A program made the position numbers and the translations under genes. Positions 43,191 through 54,171 of a stretch of 64,000 nt of DNA are shown here, piece after piece. Every line of letters begins with the position of its first letter. Within the stretch, counting starts at the first letter, position 1. Below the pieces are notes generated by a model. That model worked only from the letters and a program-made list of their open reading frames with translations. It made no database searches and was not told where the DNA came from. The stretch lies in assembly GCA_040757175.1 (NCBI GenBank), contig JBFLXM010000012.1:15806-79805 (forward strand), read 5' to 3'. The stretch is from Thermodesulfobacteriota bacterium. GTDB taxonomy: Bacteria; Desulfobacterota; Desulfobaccia; Desulfobaccales; 0-14-0-80-60-11.

Positions 43191-45355
43191 TGGAAAAGAA
43201 ATACGGAGTCTATCTGTGCAAGGGCTGTGGCATCGCCGATGCCATAGATTTTGAGAGTCTTGCCAAGGTGGTCAAAAAAGAGGGTAAGATTCAACATATC
43301 AAAGAACATGACATCATGTGCAGCCCCGACGCCCGGGCCATGGTCCTGGAGGACCTGAAGCCGGAAGGGGAGGGCATCAATGCCCTGGTCATCGCCGCCT
43401 GTTCCCCCCGGGTGAAGTACGAAGAGTTGGACTTCCCCAACTGCCTGGTGGAACGCTGCAATATCCGGGAGCTGGTGGCCTGGACCCAGGAGCCCAAGGC
43501 GGAAGAAACCCAGGCCCTGGCGGAGGACTATCTGCGCATGTACTGCGCCCGGGTGAAGAAATCCGATCTGCCCGAGCCTTACCAGTCCGAGTGCGACAAG
43601 ACCATCATGGTCATCGGCGGTGGGGCCGCGGGCCTGAGCGCGGCTTTGGAAGCGGCCAATGACGGCTACCAGGTGTTGCTGGTGGAAAAAGAGGCGGAAC
43701 TGGGCGGCTACGGCGCCAAGATGTACCGGCAGACCCCCTCCAGTTACCCCTTCACCACCCTCCAGGAGCCCACGGTCTTAAAAAAGATCAAAGAGGTCCA
43801 GAGCCATCCCAATATCCGGGTGATGACCGGGGCCGCCATCGACAAGATCGAAGGCCAACCCGGCCTCCTGGACGCCCACATCCAGACCAACGGCAACCTG
43901 GAGACCATCCGGGTGGGTTCCGTTGTTCTGGCCGCGGGCTCCAAGCCTTACGACGCCACGAAGCTGGCCCACCTGGGTTACGGCGTCTCCCAGGATGTGA
44001 TCACCAACCTGGAAATGGAAGAGCTGGCCAAGAAGGGCCGGATCGTGCGGCCCTCGGACGGGAAAGCCCCCCAGACGGTGGCCTTCATCCAATGCGCCGG
44101 TTCCCGGGACCCGGAGCACCTGCCTTATTGCTCCGATTTCTGCTGCCTGACCTCCCTGAAGCAGGCCCTCTACGTGCGGCAGCAGAACCCGGAGGCCGTG
44201 GCTTATATCCTCTATAAAGATATCCGCACCCCGGGCCAGTCGGAGTTGTTTTACAAAGAAGCACAAAGCGATCCCGGAGTGATGCTCACCAAGGCGGAAA
44301 TCACCGGGGTGACCCAGGGCGCTGGCGGCAAGCTGCTGGTTAATGCCCAGGAGTCCCTCCTGGGTGAAAACGTGGCCTTCGAAGCCGATCTGGTGGTGCT
44401 GGCCACCGGCCTGGTACCCGTCACCCTGGACGAGCCGGTCATCAACCTGGAGTACCGCCAGGGGCCGGGCCTGCCGGAGACCGAAGCCTACAACGGCTTT
44501 GCCGACTCGAACTTCATCTGCTTCCCCTATGAAACCCGCCGCACGGCAATCTATGCCGCGGGCGGCGTGCGCCAGGCCATGACCACCCCCATGGCCATGG
44601 AAGACGGCGTGGGCGCGGCTTGCAAGGCCATCCAGGCGGTGGAGCATGTGGCCGCGGGCATGGCCGTGCATCCCCGGGCCTGGGACGAGACCTTCCCTGA
44701 CCCCTTCATGCAGCGCTGCACCTCTTGTAAGCGCTGTACCGAGGAATGTCCCTTCGGAGCCATTGAAGAAGACGAGAAAGGCACGCCTTTCTTCAAGATC
44801 AACCGCTGCCGCCGCTGCGCCACCTGCATGGGGGCCTGTCCGGAGCGGATTGTCTCCTTCAAGGACTACAGCGTCGACATCGTCGGTTCCATGCTCAAGT
44901 CCCTGGATATCCCGGAGCTGGAAGACGAAGACGACCCGAATGCGCCTTTCCGCGTTATCGGCCTGATCTGCGAAAACGACGCCGGCCCGGCCATGGATGC
45001 GGTGGCCCAGCACCGACTGCGCTTCGATCCTCGGGTGCGTTTTATCCCCTTGCGTTGCATGGGCTCCTTCAACATGGTCTGGGTCTCTGACGCCCTGTCC
45101 CGGGGGGTTGACGGCTTGCTGCTCATGGGCTGCAAGTACGGCGACGACTATCAATGCCACTTCGCCAAGGGCAGCGAACTCTGCAACTACCGTCTGAGTA
45201 AGCTCTCGGAAACCCTGGACAAACTGGGTCTGGAAGCCGACCGGGTGCAGCAGATCCAGGTGGCCATCTCCGAGTTCGACAAGCTCCCGCAGATCATTAA
45301 CGATTTTGTGGCCCGGGTGGCGGAAATCGGACCCAACCCCTTTAAGGAATTCTAG
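43187..45355 (+). CDS. qmoB: QmoB (HdrA + MvhD-like)
   Basis: GVYLCKGCG, IAACSPR, QCAGSRDPEHLPYCS, ferredoxin CTSCKRCTEECP / CRRCATCMGACP, MvhD-like CENDAGP..RCMGS..GCKYGDDYQCH. Confidence 0.96.
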   Translation: MMEKKYGVYLCKGCGIADAIDFESLAKVVKKEGKIQHIKEHDIMCSPDARAMVLEDLKPEGEGINALVIAACSPRVKYEELDFPNCLVERCNIRELVAWTQEPKAEETQALAEDYLRMYCARVKKSDLPEPYQSECDKTIMVIGGGAAGLSAALEAANDGYQVLLVEKEAELGGYGAKMYRQTPSSYPFTTLQEPTVLKKIKEVQSHPNIRVMTGAAIDKIEGQPGLLDAHIQTNGNLETIRVGSVVLAAGSKPYDATKLAHLGYGVSQDVITNLEMEELAKKGRIVRPSDGKAPQTVAFIQCAGSRDPEHLPYCSDFCCLTSLKQALYVRQQNPEAVAYILYKDIRTPGQSELFYKEAQSDPGVMLTKAEITGVTQGAGGKLLVNAQESLLGENVAFEADLVVLATGLVPVTLDEPVINLEYRQGPGLPETEAYNGFADSNFICFPYETRRTAIYAAGGVRQAMTTPMAMEDGVGAACKAIQAVEHVAAGMAVHPRAWDETFPDPFMQRCTSCKRCTEECPFGAIEEDEKGTPFFKINRCRRCATCMGACPERIVSFKDYSVDIVGSMLKSLDIPELEDEDDPNAPFRVIGLICENDAGPAMDAVAQHRLRFDPRVRFIPLRCMGSFNMVWVSDALSRGVDGLLLMGCKYGDDYQCHFAKGSELCNYRLSKLSETLDKLGLEADRVQQIQVAISEFDKLPQIINDFVARVAEIGPNPFKEF

Positions 45356-45368
45356 GAGGTAACGTTCC

Positions 45369-46487
45369 ATGGCCGGCGAAACTACGATTATCAAACCGGA
45401 CCTGCAATTCGTCAATCAGGTCATTGCCTCCGGGGGGGACACCTTAAAGAAATGCTATCAGTGTGACACCTGCTCGGTGGTCTGTAACCCCACCCCGGAT
45501 GCCAAGCCCTTTCCCCGGAAAGAGATGCTTCAGGCCCAATGGGGCTTGAAAGGGGTTCTCAAGTCCCCGGATATCTGGCTGTGCCATCAGTGCAGCGATT
45601 GCACGGTCTATTGCCCCCGGGGGGCCAAACCCGGGGAAGTGATGAACGCGCTCCGGAAAATGTGTATCCAGGAGTACGCTACTCCACCGCTTCTGGCAAA
45701 AATGGTGGGTGATCCCAAGTACCTCCTGGCCCTCATCGCCTTCCCGGTGTTGCTGTTGCTGGCGGCCTTGAAGGTCACCGGCCACCTGGCCATGCCCACC
45801 GGCACCATTGTTTACGCTAAACTCTTCCCCACCCTGCTGGTGGACGCCATCTTCGTGCCTGCGTTCTTCTTTGCCGCGGCCGTGCTGGCCAAGGGGGTGC
45901 TGGCTTACTGGCAGGATATCAACGCGGCCAACCCTTGGAAGGTCAAGGTGGAGGGCAACCTGGTGGGCAATCTCATCGCCACCCTCAAAGATATCCTGAT
46001 GCACAACAAGTTCCGGCTGTGCGAAACCACCTATCCCCGTTCCACCAACCACCTGTTCGTGCTGTTCGGATTCATCTTCCTAGCCATAGTCACCGGCTGG
46101 GGCTTCCTCAACGAATGGGTGCTGCACGTGGAAGCGCCGTACTTCCTGTTGTCGCCCATCAAATTGTTGGCCATGGCCGGCACTGCGGCTTTGCTCTACG
46201 GGATCTTCAACATCATTAAGTCCCGCCAGGCCAATGCCGAACAGGCCGGTTTGGGCGGCTACTATGACTGGTTCTTCGTCTACGTGGTGTTTGCCGTGGG
46301 GGCCACGGGCTTGGGCGCCTGGCTCTTCCGCCTGGTTGGCATCCGGATCCTGGCTTACCCCACCTACTTCCTGCATCTGACCGCCGTGTTCTGCCTCTTC
46401 TTCTATGCGCCCTACACCAAGATGGCCCACATGGTGTACCGCACCGCGGCCATGCTCTATGCCCGGATGGCAGGACGGGGATTCTAA
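45369..46487 (+). CDS. qmoC: QmoC (ferredoxin + membrane heme-b domain)
   Basis: KKCYQCDTCSVVC, IWLCHQCSDCTVYCPRGA, TM helices with His, PYTKMAHMVYR. Confidence 0.95.
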   Translation: MAGETTIIKPDLQFVNQVIASGGDTLKKCYQCDTCSVVCNPTPDAKPFPRKEMLQAQWGLKGVLKSPDIWLCHQCSDCTVYCPRGAKPGEVMNALRKMCIQEYATPPLLAKMVGDPKYLLALIAFPVLLLLAALKVTGHLAMPTGTIVYAKLFPTLLVDAIFVPAFFFAAAVLAKGVLAYWQDINAANPWKVKVEGNLVGNLIATLKDILMHNKFRLCETTYPRSTNHLFVLFGFIFLAIVTGWGFLNEWVLHVEAPYFLLSPIKLLAMAGTAALLYGIFNIIKSRQANAEQAGLGGYYDWFFVYVVFAVGATGLGAWLFRLVGIRILAYPTYFLHLTAVFCLFFYAPYTKMAHMVYRTAAMLYARMAGRGF

Positions 46488-46516
46488 AACGCCACATCCT
46501 GGAAAGTAGACCTTAC

Positions 46517-46547
46517 AGCCGGCCCCCATGGGGGCCGGCTCTTTTGC
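46517..46547 (+). terminator. Intrinsic terminator after qmoC
   Basis: AGCCGGCCCCC-AT-GGGGGCCGGCT followed by CTTTTG. Confidence 0.75.
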
Positions 46548-46693
46548 TTTGACAGGGGGGGCAAGTTAAGGGTCAATGGCGCCAACGTCTTGCCTGCGAC
46601 TGCCCCCTACCTCCTGCCCAATAAATATTTAAGCGAAACTCGCGATAATTTTGGTAAAATAAATATTCAGAAAAAAGCAATAAGGAGTCAGTG

Positions 46694-47491
46694 ATGGTTG
46701 ATTTAAATATGCAGGTGGTGGAGCCCACCCAACTCACCAAGGACAGCCGGTTCAAGTTCCGGTGTTATCCGGGAATATCTTGCTTTACCGAGTGCTGCGG
46801 CAAAACCACCATTATTCTCACCCCTTATGATATCTTACGGCTGAAGAACCGCCTGCGCCTCACCTCCGGAGAATTTCTCGAGCGCTACACCCGCACGGAG
46901 GCCCATGACAAGTCGGGCCTGCCCATGGTGATTATGGATATGCCCCGTTTTGAGGGCAAATGCCCCTTTGTGCGGCCGGTCACCGGCTGCGAGGTTTACA
47001 CCGACCGCCCCGCCACCTGCCGTTATTACCCCATCGGCCAGGGCACCCTGATCACCGAGGAAGGGGTGGAAGAGTTTTATTTTTTCGTCCGGGAGCCTCA
47101 CTGCAAGGGTTATGAAGAGCAAGCGGAATGGTCTGTGGCCTCTTGGCGGCAGGACCAAGGCGTAGACCTCTACGATGAAATGAATCTGCCCTGGAAGACC
47201 CTGATGCTCCGCCGGGGCCAGGATGGCGGCCCGGTCACGGACGAGCGGGGCAATAAACTCTTTGCCATGGTCATGTACGACCTGGACCAGTTTCGGAAAT
47301 TTGTCTTCAAGAGCCGGTTTCTGCAAATCTTTGACGTGGACGACGACGTCAGAGAGAAGATTTGGGATGACGATGAGGAACTTCTGAAGTTCGCTTACGA
47401 ATACGTGCGGATGGTACTGAAAATCAAGGACAGCGAGGTCATCCAGCCGCGCATGGGCCCGGGCCCCGGGGCCACTACCATGACTTTTTAA
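46694..47491 (+). CDS. YkgJ-family cysteine-cluster protein
   Basis: FRCYPGISCFTECC..LTPYDILRLK..CPFV...GCEVYTDRPATCRYYP..EPHCKG. Confidence 0.88.
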   Translation: MVDLNMQVVEPTQLTKDSRFKFRCYPGISCFTECCGKTTIILTPYDILRLKNRLRLTSGEFLERYTRTEAHDKSGLPMVIMDMPRFEGKCPFVRPVTGCEVYTDRPATCRYYPIGQGTLITEEGVEEFYFFVREPHCKGYEEQAEWSVASWRQDQGVDLYDEMNLPWKTLMLRRGQDGGPVTDERGNKLFAMVMYDLDQFRKFVFKSRFLQIFDVDDDVREKIWDDDEELLKFAYEYVRMVLKIKDSEVIQPRMGPGPGATTMTF

Positions 47492-47592
47492 TGGGAAAGA
47501 GGGAAAAAGGGGAAAGGGGGAAAAGGGAAAAGATAAACCGGAAGTTAATTTTCCTTTTCCCCTCTTCCCCTTTTCCCCTTTTCCCCCTTTTT
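47492..47592. repeat. Purine-rich / pyrimidine-rich low-complexity inverted repeat
   Basis: GGGAAAGAGGGAAAAAGGGGAAAGGGGGAAAAGGGAAAA ... TTTTCCTTTTCCCCTCTTCCCCTTTTCCCCTTTTCCCCCTTTTT. Confidence 0.7.
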
Positions 47593-47604
47593 ACGGAGGA
47601 GCAG

Positions 47605-48030
47605 ATGAGCGGCAGCGCGGCTCCGGCCGATCCCCAGGTGATCACCGCGATCCTCAAAAACTACCGGGTCGTGGCGGTGATGGGGCTGTCCGCCGACCCC
47701 GCCCGGCCCAGTTACCGGGTGGCTGCCTACCTGCAACAACACGGCTACCGCATCATCCCCGTCAATCCGGGCTGCCAGGAGATTCTCGGGGAGAAGTGCT
47801 ACCCCACCCTGAAGGACATTCCCTGCCCCGTGGAGGTGGTGGATATCTTCCGCAAGGTGGAGGCCATTCCCGCCATTGTGGAGGAGGCCATCCAGGTGGG
47901 GGCCAAGGCGGTATGGATGCAACTGGGGCTGGTGGAGCCGGAGTCGGCCCAAAAGGCCAGGCAGGCCGGTCTGGAGGTGGTCATGGACCATTGCCTCATG
48001 GTGGAGCACGCCAGGTTGTTCAAGGACTGA
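47605..48030 (+). CDS. CoA-binding domain protein (YccU-like)
   Basis: VAVMGLSADPARPSYRVAAYLQQHGYRIIPVNP, VVDIFR, AVWMQLG, VVMDHC. Shine-Dalgarno GGAGG before ATG 47605. Confidence 0.93.
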   Translation: MSGSAAPADPQVITAILKNYRVVAVMGLSADPARPSYRVAAYLQQHGYRIIPVNPGCQEILGEKCYPTLKDIPCPVEVVDIFRKVEAIPAIVEEAIQVGAKAVWMQLGLVEPESAQKARQAGLEVVMDHCLMVEHARLFKD

Positions 48031-48080
48031 GATTTTAAACGAGCAAAGGATGCCCGAGCCGGAATTAAGCGAGGTTAAGA

Positions 48081-48692
48081 ATGGAAAGTCTCGTGGTGAG
48101 TCTCGTTGTGGCCCTGGTGGCCGGGTTCCTCGGCGCCATTATTGGCAGTAAGGCTGTGTCCTACGGGCATTACCGCTATGCCCAGAAGCGGGATCTGGAG
48201 GTAAAAAGCAGCCAGTTGATCAATCTCTTCCAGGCCCTTAATGCGGAACTCACCGCGCTTTGGGAAAGATACATGGCCGTGGTGGGCGGAGGCCTGGAGA
48301 AGGCTATTAAGGGCGAGGATCTGCCCATTGCCGTGATCTTTACCGCCACCCATAACTATTTCAGCGTCTATGACAACTCCGCCCAGTTATTGGGAACTCT
48401 GGACCCGGAATCGGGCAAGAGGATTATCGAGACCTACATCAACCTCAAGGCCTTGCTGGACGAACTCCAGAACTACAACCAGATTGCCCAGAAACACCGG
48501 GACGTGCGCCTGGGCGCCAATCTCAATCTCTACGAGGTCAACCAGGTTCGGGAAGAGATGGAAGACTACTTCCGTTTGCTGAAAAAACGGCACGCCCAGG
48601 TAAAGGGACAGGTGCTGCTGACCCTGGAGATGTTGAAAGAGTTTCTCTCCCTGGCCGAGCAGAGCCGGACCTCTGTACAAATAAAAATCTGA
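48081..48692 (+). CDS. Hypothetical single-pass membrane protein
   Basis: 203-aa ORF with N-terminal hydrophobic helix (LVVSLVVALVAGFLGAIIG) and a helical body. No family recognised. Confidence 0.7.
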   Translation: MESLVVSLVVALVAGFLGAIIGSKAVSYGHYRYAQKRDLEVKSSQLINLFQALNAELTALWERYMAVVGGGLEKAIKGEDLPIAVIFTATHNYFSVYDNSAQLLGTLDPESGKRIIETYINLKALLDELQNYNQIAQKHRDVRLGANLNLYEVNQVREEMEDYFRLLKKRHAQVKGQVLLTLEMLKEFLSLAEQSRTSVQIKI

Positions 48693-49042
48693 TTAACACC
48701 CGCTAAGTATCGGTAAAAAGTTGTACACCCCTATTTGTTAAGTTTCTATTCGATTAAAGAATGGTATTAGACATTTAATTTACATACGTTCTTTTCCCGC
48801 CTTTTCTTTTTCCCCCTCTTTGCTCAGATTTCAAGCTCATATACTATTGTCTCTGGAGCACTTTTGCCTGGCTTTTGGCGGTTTCCTCCGGATGGGAAGC
48901 TCTTATCCGCGCTGATCCACCCCTAAGAAAAAGGGCCCTCAGGGCCACTTTTTTCTTTACTTTAGAAGTCCTTGACTGTATCATATAAAAGTAGTATAGT
49001 ATTTTTATGGTTAAGATTAACTTTTAATTAAAGAATTAAACT

Positions 49043-49477
49043 ATGAAAAAGAAATCTATCTTATTAGTGGAAGACAATCCCCATGAGGAAATGCTGACCA
49101 CCCTCCTTCTTGAACAGCATGGCATTTTTACCGAGGTAATGGTGGCTCGTGATGGGGAAGAGGCATTAGATCTTCTGCCAGGCGGAGAGCAAACAAATAA
49201 CACCGAAGTTGAACTGCCGGCTGTAGTCCTGCTGGATTTGAATCTGCCCAAGATCCACGGTCTGGAGGTGCTGCGCCGCTTGCGCGCCCATCCCCTGACC
49301 AAGGTATTACCGGTGGTGATATTTACTTCTTCCATTGAAGAGAGGGATGTCGCCGCGGCCTATCAGTTGGGCGCCAATAGTTATATTCAGAAGGCCATCG
49401 ATTTTGATGAGTTTTCCGAGTCCATCAGAAGGGTAAGCGAATATTGGGGGGTATTAAACACCTTCCTGCCTGCCTAG
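49043..49477 (+). CDS. Single-domain response regulator (Rcp1/CheY-like)
   Basis: ILLVEDN, VLLDLNLPKIHGLEVL, VVIFTSS, AYQLGANSYIQK. Confidence 0.92.
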   Translation: MKKKSILLVEDNPHEEMLTTLLLEQHGIFTEVMVARDGEEALDLLPGGEQTNNTEVELPAVVLLDLNLPKIHGLEVLRRLRAHPLTKVLPVVIFTSSIEERDVAAAYQLGANSYIQKAIDFDEFSESIRRVSEYWGVLNTFLPA

Positions 49478-49536
49478 TGGCCTTCTCCGGCATCTGGTCA
49501 ATAATCGGTAGATGTGCAACTGTAATATCTCTCTCC

Positions 49537-50616
49537 TCAACTTCCCGGCGCCGCCACCGAAAAAACCTTCACCGCTTGAGTCTTGCCTTTAAACTTCAAT
49601 TTTCCCTGGGGCACGATGGGGATAGCATCGTCTAAGCCTAAACGGGTATTCTCCTCAATCAAAATAGGTTCCCCGATTACCTTGGTATGGGCCTCCAGGC
49701 GGGCCGCGAGATTGACCGTATCCCCCACACAGGTATAGGTGGCCCGGCGCTGCGTGCCCACATAACCGGCAACCACCGTGCCGGAGGCGATGCCGATGCC
49801 GATCCGGATCTGCACCCGATGCAAACGGGTCTGTTCTTGATTGAACTGATCGATGAGTTCCATCATCCGCCGGGCGGCGCGCACTGCCCGGCGGCGGTGA
49901 TCCGGCAGCGCCAACGGCGCTCCGAAGATGCACATCAAGCCGTCGCCCATCATTTGGTTGACGATTCCCCCCTCATCGGCGATGGCATCAAACATCAAGG
50001 AAAAGTAGGCATTCAACAATCCGATGGTTTCTTCCGGAGATTGTGATTCGGCGATGGTGGTAAAGGAGCGGATGTCGCTGAAAAGAACCGTGGCCTCCAC
50101 CAGCCTGCCGCCCAGGGAGAAGCCCGAGTTCAACAGCTCTTCCGCCACTTCGTCGGTGGCAAACTTGCGAAACAGGGCCCGCTGCTCATCCTGCAGGCGT
50201 TTTTTCTCCAGGCAGGCATCGACCCGGGCCTTCAGCAGGATGGGATTGAAAGGTTTGTTCAAATAATCCGCGGCCCCCATCTCGATGCACTTGACAACAC
50301 TATCGATTTCCTCCACCGCGGAGATCATGATCACCGGAATTTGGCGCCAGTGAACGTCGGCGGCCAGGTGCGCCAACACCTGATAACCATTCATTTCCGG
50401 CATTTCGATATCCAGCAGGATCAGATCGAAGTCTTGATGGCCCAACAGCTCCAAGGCCTGCCGGCCATTTTCGGCGAAGGCCACCTGATGTCCCTGCTGT
50501 TCCAGACCCCGGGCCAGCATCAAGCGGTTCATGCGATTATCATCCACCACCAGGATGGAACCCGTGAGTTTCTGTTTTTCTTCCGGCGTCGTTTTATCTG
50601 AGCTTTGGCCAGTCAT
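49537..50616 (-). CDS. Response regulator (REC) fused to a class III nucleotidyl cyclase
   Basis: ILVVDDN, LLDIEMP, YLNKPF, then [34 protein letters not shown]. Confidence 0.92.
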   Translation of the reverse strand: MTGQSSDKTTPEEKQKLTGSILVVDDNRMNRLMLARGLEQQGHQVAFAENGRQALELLGHQDFDLILLDIEMPEMNGYQVLAHLAADVHWRQIPVIMISAVEEIDSVVKCIEMGAADYLNKPFNPILLKARVDACLEKKRLQDEQRALFRKFATDEVAEELLNSGFSLGGRLVEATVLFSDIRSFTTIAESQSPEETIGLLNAYFSLMFDAIADEGGIVNQMMGDGLMCIFGAPLALPDHRRRAVRAARRMMELIDQFNQEQTRLHRVQIRIGIGIASGTVVAGYVGTQRRATYTCVGDTVNLAARLEAHTKVIGEPILIEENTRLGLDDAIPIVPQGKLKFKGKTQAVKVFSVAAPGS

Positions 50617-53600
50617 GACGGCATCATCTCTTTCAGGGCTTGCTGCACCCGCTGGTATTCGGCGGCGGCCCGCCTCACTTTTTCTGCGGCTTCTGCCAAT
50701 CTGCCCTCCTTGCCCATGATCTCCAATTCCCGGGCCAGGTCGGCTAAGGCCACTGCGCCGAAGGAGGCGCTGTTGGATTTGAGGCTGTGGGCCGCGCGGC
50801 GAAATAGTTCCGCATCCTTGACGGCCAGGGCCTGCTCCATATTCTGCAGCAATTCCGGGGCATCTTCGTTGAAGACGGCAATGACCTCGCCGATAAAATC
50901 GGCCCCCATGGTTTCCTTAAATTCTGCAAACTTCCGGGGGTCAATGGCTGCCGCTGCTTGCGGTGGGGAGCCTTGGGCCCCGGACCGGGGCTGAGTCTTG
51001 CCTAAGGCGGCCACCAGGGCCTCCACGCGAATCGGCTTGGTGATATAATCGTCCATGCCCGCGGCCAGACACCTCTCCCGGTCGCCTTGCATGGCGTCGG
51101 CCGTCAGGGCGATAATCCGGGGGGTGGACGCAGCCGCCCCCCCCTGCTTGATGTGCCGGGACGCCTCCAGGCCATCCATCTCCGGCATTTGCACGTCCAT
51201 CAACACCACGTCATAGGTTTGCCGCTTGAGCGCTTCCAGGGCTTCCAAACCGTTCCCCGCCACATCGGCGCGATAGCCCAGTCGTTCTAACAGGCGTAAA
51301 GCGACCTTCTGATTCACCACATTGTCTTCGGCCAACAGGATCCTGAGAGGCTGCCTTTTGGCCATCTCGGGATCGAGTTGGCTGGGCATCGTTTCCTCAT
51401 CCCGGCGCACGCTTAGCGGCTGCGCGGCAAAGATGGTCATTAAGGCGTCGTACAACTGGGAGGGTTTCATGGGTTTGCTGACCTGGGCCAAGAAAAGGTC
51501 GGGGGTGGCGCCGGTTTCCCGCCGCCCCAGGGAAGTGAACAATACCAGGGGCAGGGCCGGGCGCAGGGCCCGGATCTCTTGGGCCAGCATCACCCCGTCC
51601 ATGTCGGGCATCTGCATGTCCAGAATCGCCGCGTCAAAGGGATCGCCCCTTCTCACCCACTCCAGGGCTTCCCGGGGCCGGGGCGTACCCCGCACCAGCA
51701 TTCCCCAGGATTGCCCCTGGAGCACCAGGATGCGGCGATTGGTGTCATTGTCGTCCACCGCCAATAAACGCCGGCCGGTTAGTTCGGGTTGCTGGCGGCG
51801 CAATTCCTGGCGGTCGACCACCGGCAGGGCCACCGGTTCGGCCTGGAGGGTCAGATGAAAGACGGCCCCCTTACCCGGCACGCCTTCACTTTCCACCCAC
51901 AGCCGGCCGCCCATCATGGCGCTGAGACGTTTGCAGATGGCCAGTCCCAGGCCGGTGCCCCCGTATTTCCTGGTGGTGGAGGCATCCACCTGGCTGAAGG
52001 AGCGGAACATGCGGTCCAGGCGATCCGGGGGAATGCCGATGCCGGTGTCCGCCACGGAAAAGCGCAGCATTACTGCCGGTGGCGGCAGTTCTCCAGCTTC
52101 CCGGCCCTTTTCCACCTGGACAGTCAGCGAGACTTCCCCTTTTTCCGTGAATTTAATGGCATTATTGAGCAAATTGAGCAAAATCTGGCGCAGGCGGGTG
52201 ATATCTCCGGCAATAGTGGCCGGGACCTGCTCCTCCACGCGATAAGCCAATTCCAGACCCTTGTTCACCGCCGCGGCGGCCACCAGGTCCAGGGCGCTTT
52301 CGATACACTCCCGCAAGTCGAAGGGCTGGTGCTCCAATTCCATCTTCCCGGCTTCGATCTTGGAAAAGTCCAGGATATCATTGATGATGCTCAGGAGGGT
52401 CTCGCCGCTGCTGCGAATGGTCTCGGAAAATTCCTTCTGCTCCCCGGAGAGGGGGGTGTCGAGCAACAGGTTGGTCATGCCGATGATGCCGTTCATGGGG
52501 GTGCGGATTTCGTGGCTCATGGTCGCCAGAAAGATGCTCTTCGCATCGTTGGCGGCTTCCGCCGCCTCCCGGGCCTCCCGGGCCTCGGCATAGAGCCGGG
52601 CATTGTCCAGGGCCACGGAGGCCAGCTCCCCGAAGCTCTCCAACAGGCCCTTTTCTTCGTCGCTGAACGTCTGGCCGGTCTCCCGGTGGCAGGCCAGACC
52701 CAGGACCCCCGTGACCTGGGAGCCGGATCTTAGCGGCACTCCCATAATGAAGCGGATGGCTTCATAATCAACCTCCATGTTCTTGGCCCGGTCACCCCAA
52801 TCCTGGTAATCTTCCACGAGCAATGACTGGCCGCTTTCCCAGACCTTCCCGGACAGACCCTGGCCCAGCCTCAGGGTGGAACCGATCACCCCCTGGAACA
52901 TCCCCACCCCCACCCGGCATTCCAGGAGATTTTTCTCCGGGTTCACTAGAAAGATGAAGCCATGCTCCGTGCCCAACAACTGAACGGCGCGGCTGATCAG
53001 GGCCTGCAGCAAATCTTGCAGTTGCAGCCGATTTATCAGGCCCAGGGTGGTTTCGTGCAACGCCTCCAGATATTCTTTCTGCCGGTGCAGGGCTTCCTGC
53101 ATCCGTTTCCGGTCGGTGATATCCCGGATGATCTCGATGGCGCCCGACAGATTCCCGGCGGCATCGTAGAGGCCGCCCGCCGTGGCCGTCAGGTAGGCTC
53201 CCCCTTCCCCCAACTGGGGGACGTGGGCCTCGCCGCAGAGGGTTTCTCCCCGCCGGGATAAGCGGGCGTATCTGCTCTTAAACTCTTCTTCTTCCTTGAA
53301 GACGTAATCGATGAGAATGGGCCTTCTCTCCCCGTAAAAAGGCAAGGCGTATTCGTAGTTCCCCTTCCCCAGCATATCCTGGGCCTTGACCCCGGTCATG
53401 GTCTCCATGGCCCGGTTCCAGGCAATGACCGTGCCCTGCCGGTCAATGACCAGGGTGGCGTCCGGCAGGAAATCGATAATATCCAGCAGCCGTTGGGTGG
53501 ACTCCCGCAAGGCTTCTTCGGCCTTTTTCCGCTCCGTAATATCTATGAAGGCCCCATAAATGAAATCAATGTCGCCCCTGGGGCTGCAAATAATCTGGCT

Positions 53601-54008
53601 GCCTTCCTGAATCCACAAAATATTGCCGTTCTTATGGCGGATGCGGTACTCCCGGACGTAAGACTTATCGGCCTTTAAGGCCGCGACCAGTTTTTCCCGC
53701 ATCCCCTCCACGTCTTCGGGGATCACCAGGTCCAGCCATTTTATCCTGCGGGCGTCAAATTCCGCCTTGGGGTAGCCGGTCAAGGCCTCGATCTTGTCAT
53801 CGATGAAATCCGCGGACCAATCCCGGTAGCCTTTAAAGACCACATTGGGCAGATTCTTGACCAGCAGCCGGTAATTAGCCCCGTTTTCCCGCAAGCTCTC
53901 TTCTGCCTGCAGAGCTACACCCTTGACTGTCCGCATCCGGGCCAATTCCTGGCGCAACTCTGCCAACTCTCTAATTAATTGGTTTTTAGTCTTAGCTTCG
54001 TCCTTCAT
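50613..54008 (-). CDS. Hybrid histidine kinase PAS-PAS-GAF-HisKA-HATPase-REC-REC-Hpt
   Basis: [34 protein letters not shown], two REC domains (ILDMQMP, LMDVQMP), Hpt [10 protein letters not shown]. The stop overlaps the next start (ATGA). Confidence 0.93.
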   Translation of the reverse strand: MKDEAKTKNQLIRELAELRQELARMRTVKGVALQAEESLRENGANYRLLVKNLPNVVFKGYRDWSADFIDDKIEALTGYPKAEFDARRIKWLDLVIPEDVEGMREKLVAALKADKSYVREYRIRHKNGNILWIQEGSQIICSPRGDIDFIYGAFIDITERKKAEEALRESTQRLLDIIDFLPDATLVIDRQGTVIAWNRAMETMTGVKAQDMLGKGNYEYALPFYGERRPILIDYVFKEEEEFKSRYARLSRRGETLCGEAHVPQLGEGGAYLTATAGGLYDAAGNLSGAIEIIRDITDRKRMQEALHRQKEYLEALHETTLGLINRLQLQDLLQALISRAVQLLGTEHGFIFLVNPEKNLLECRVGVGMFQGVIGSTLRLGQGLSGKVWESGQSLLVEDYQDWGDRAKNMEVDYEAIRFIMGVPLRSGSQVTGVLGLACHRETGQTFSDEEKGLLESFGELASVALDNARLYAEAREAREAAEAANDAKSIFLATMSHEIRTPMNGIIGMTNLLLDTPLSGEQKEFSETIRSSGETLLSIINDILDFSKIEAGKMELEHQPFDLRECIESALDLVAAAAVNKGLELAYRVEEQVPATIAGDITRLRQILLNLLNNAIKFTEKGEVSLTVQVEKGREAGELPPPAVMLRFSVADTGIGIPPDRLDRMFRSFSQVDASTTRKYGGTGLGLAICKRLSAMMGGRLWVESEGVPGKGAVFHLTLQAEPVALPVVDRQELRRQQPELTGRRLLAVDDNDTNRRILVLQGQSWGMLVRGTPRPREALEWVRRGDPFDAAILDMQMPDMDGVMLAQEIRALRPALPLVLFTSLGRRETGATPDLFLAQVSKPMKPSQLYDALMTIFAAQPLSVRRDEETMPSQLDPEMAKRQPLRILLAEDNVVNQKVALRLLERLGYRADVAGNGLEALEALKRQTYDVVLMDVQMPEMDGLEASRHIKQGGAAASTPRIIALTADAMQGDRERCLAAGMDDYITKPIRVEALVAALGKTQPRSGAQGSPPQAAAAIDPRKFAEFKETMGADFIGEVIAVFNEDAPELLQNMEQALAVKDAELFRRAAHSLKSNSASFGAVALADLARELEIMGKEGRLAEAAEKVRRAAAEYQRVQQALKEMMPS

Positions 54009-54171
54009 TTTGGACCTCACGTTTCTGACTATTACCCATTCTTTCCGAAGCCCCTTCTTTTTGCAAGCCCAATGATATATTTGGGGCCAACTGTACATGC
54101 CCCGGCGACCCTGAGGCATCCCTCCAAATTTTAGTGGAAAATTTCCAGGCATCGGTGTTAATTAGAAAATT

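Noticed and set aside
41928-46487. Selenocysteine recoding in the HdrA-like Qmo subunits
   Set aside because: All three frames are open with Cys at the expected motifs, and there is no in-frame TGA.
47491-47604. N-terminal extension of the CoA-binding protein in the ORF track
   Set aside because: It is translated low-complexity purine/pyrimidine repeat. A good Shine-Dalgarno precedes ATG 47605.
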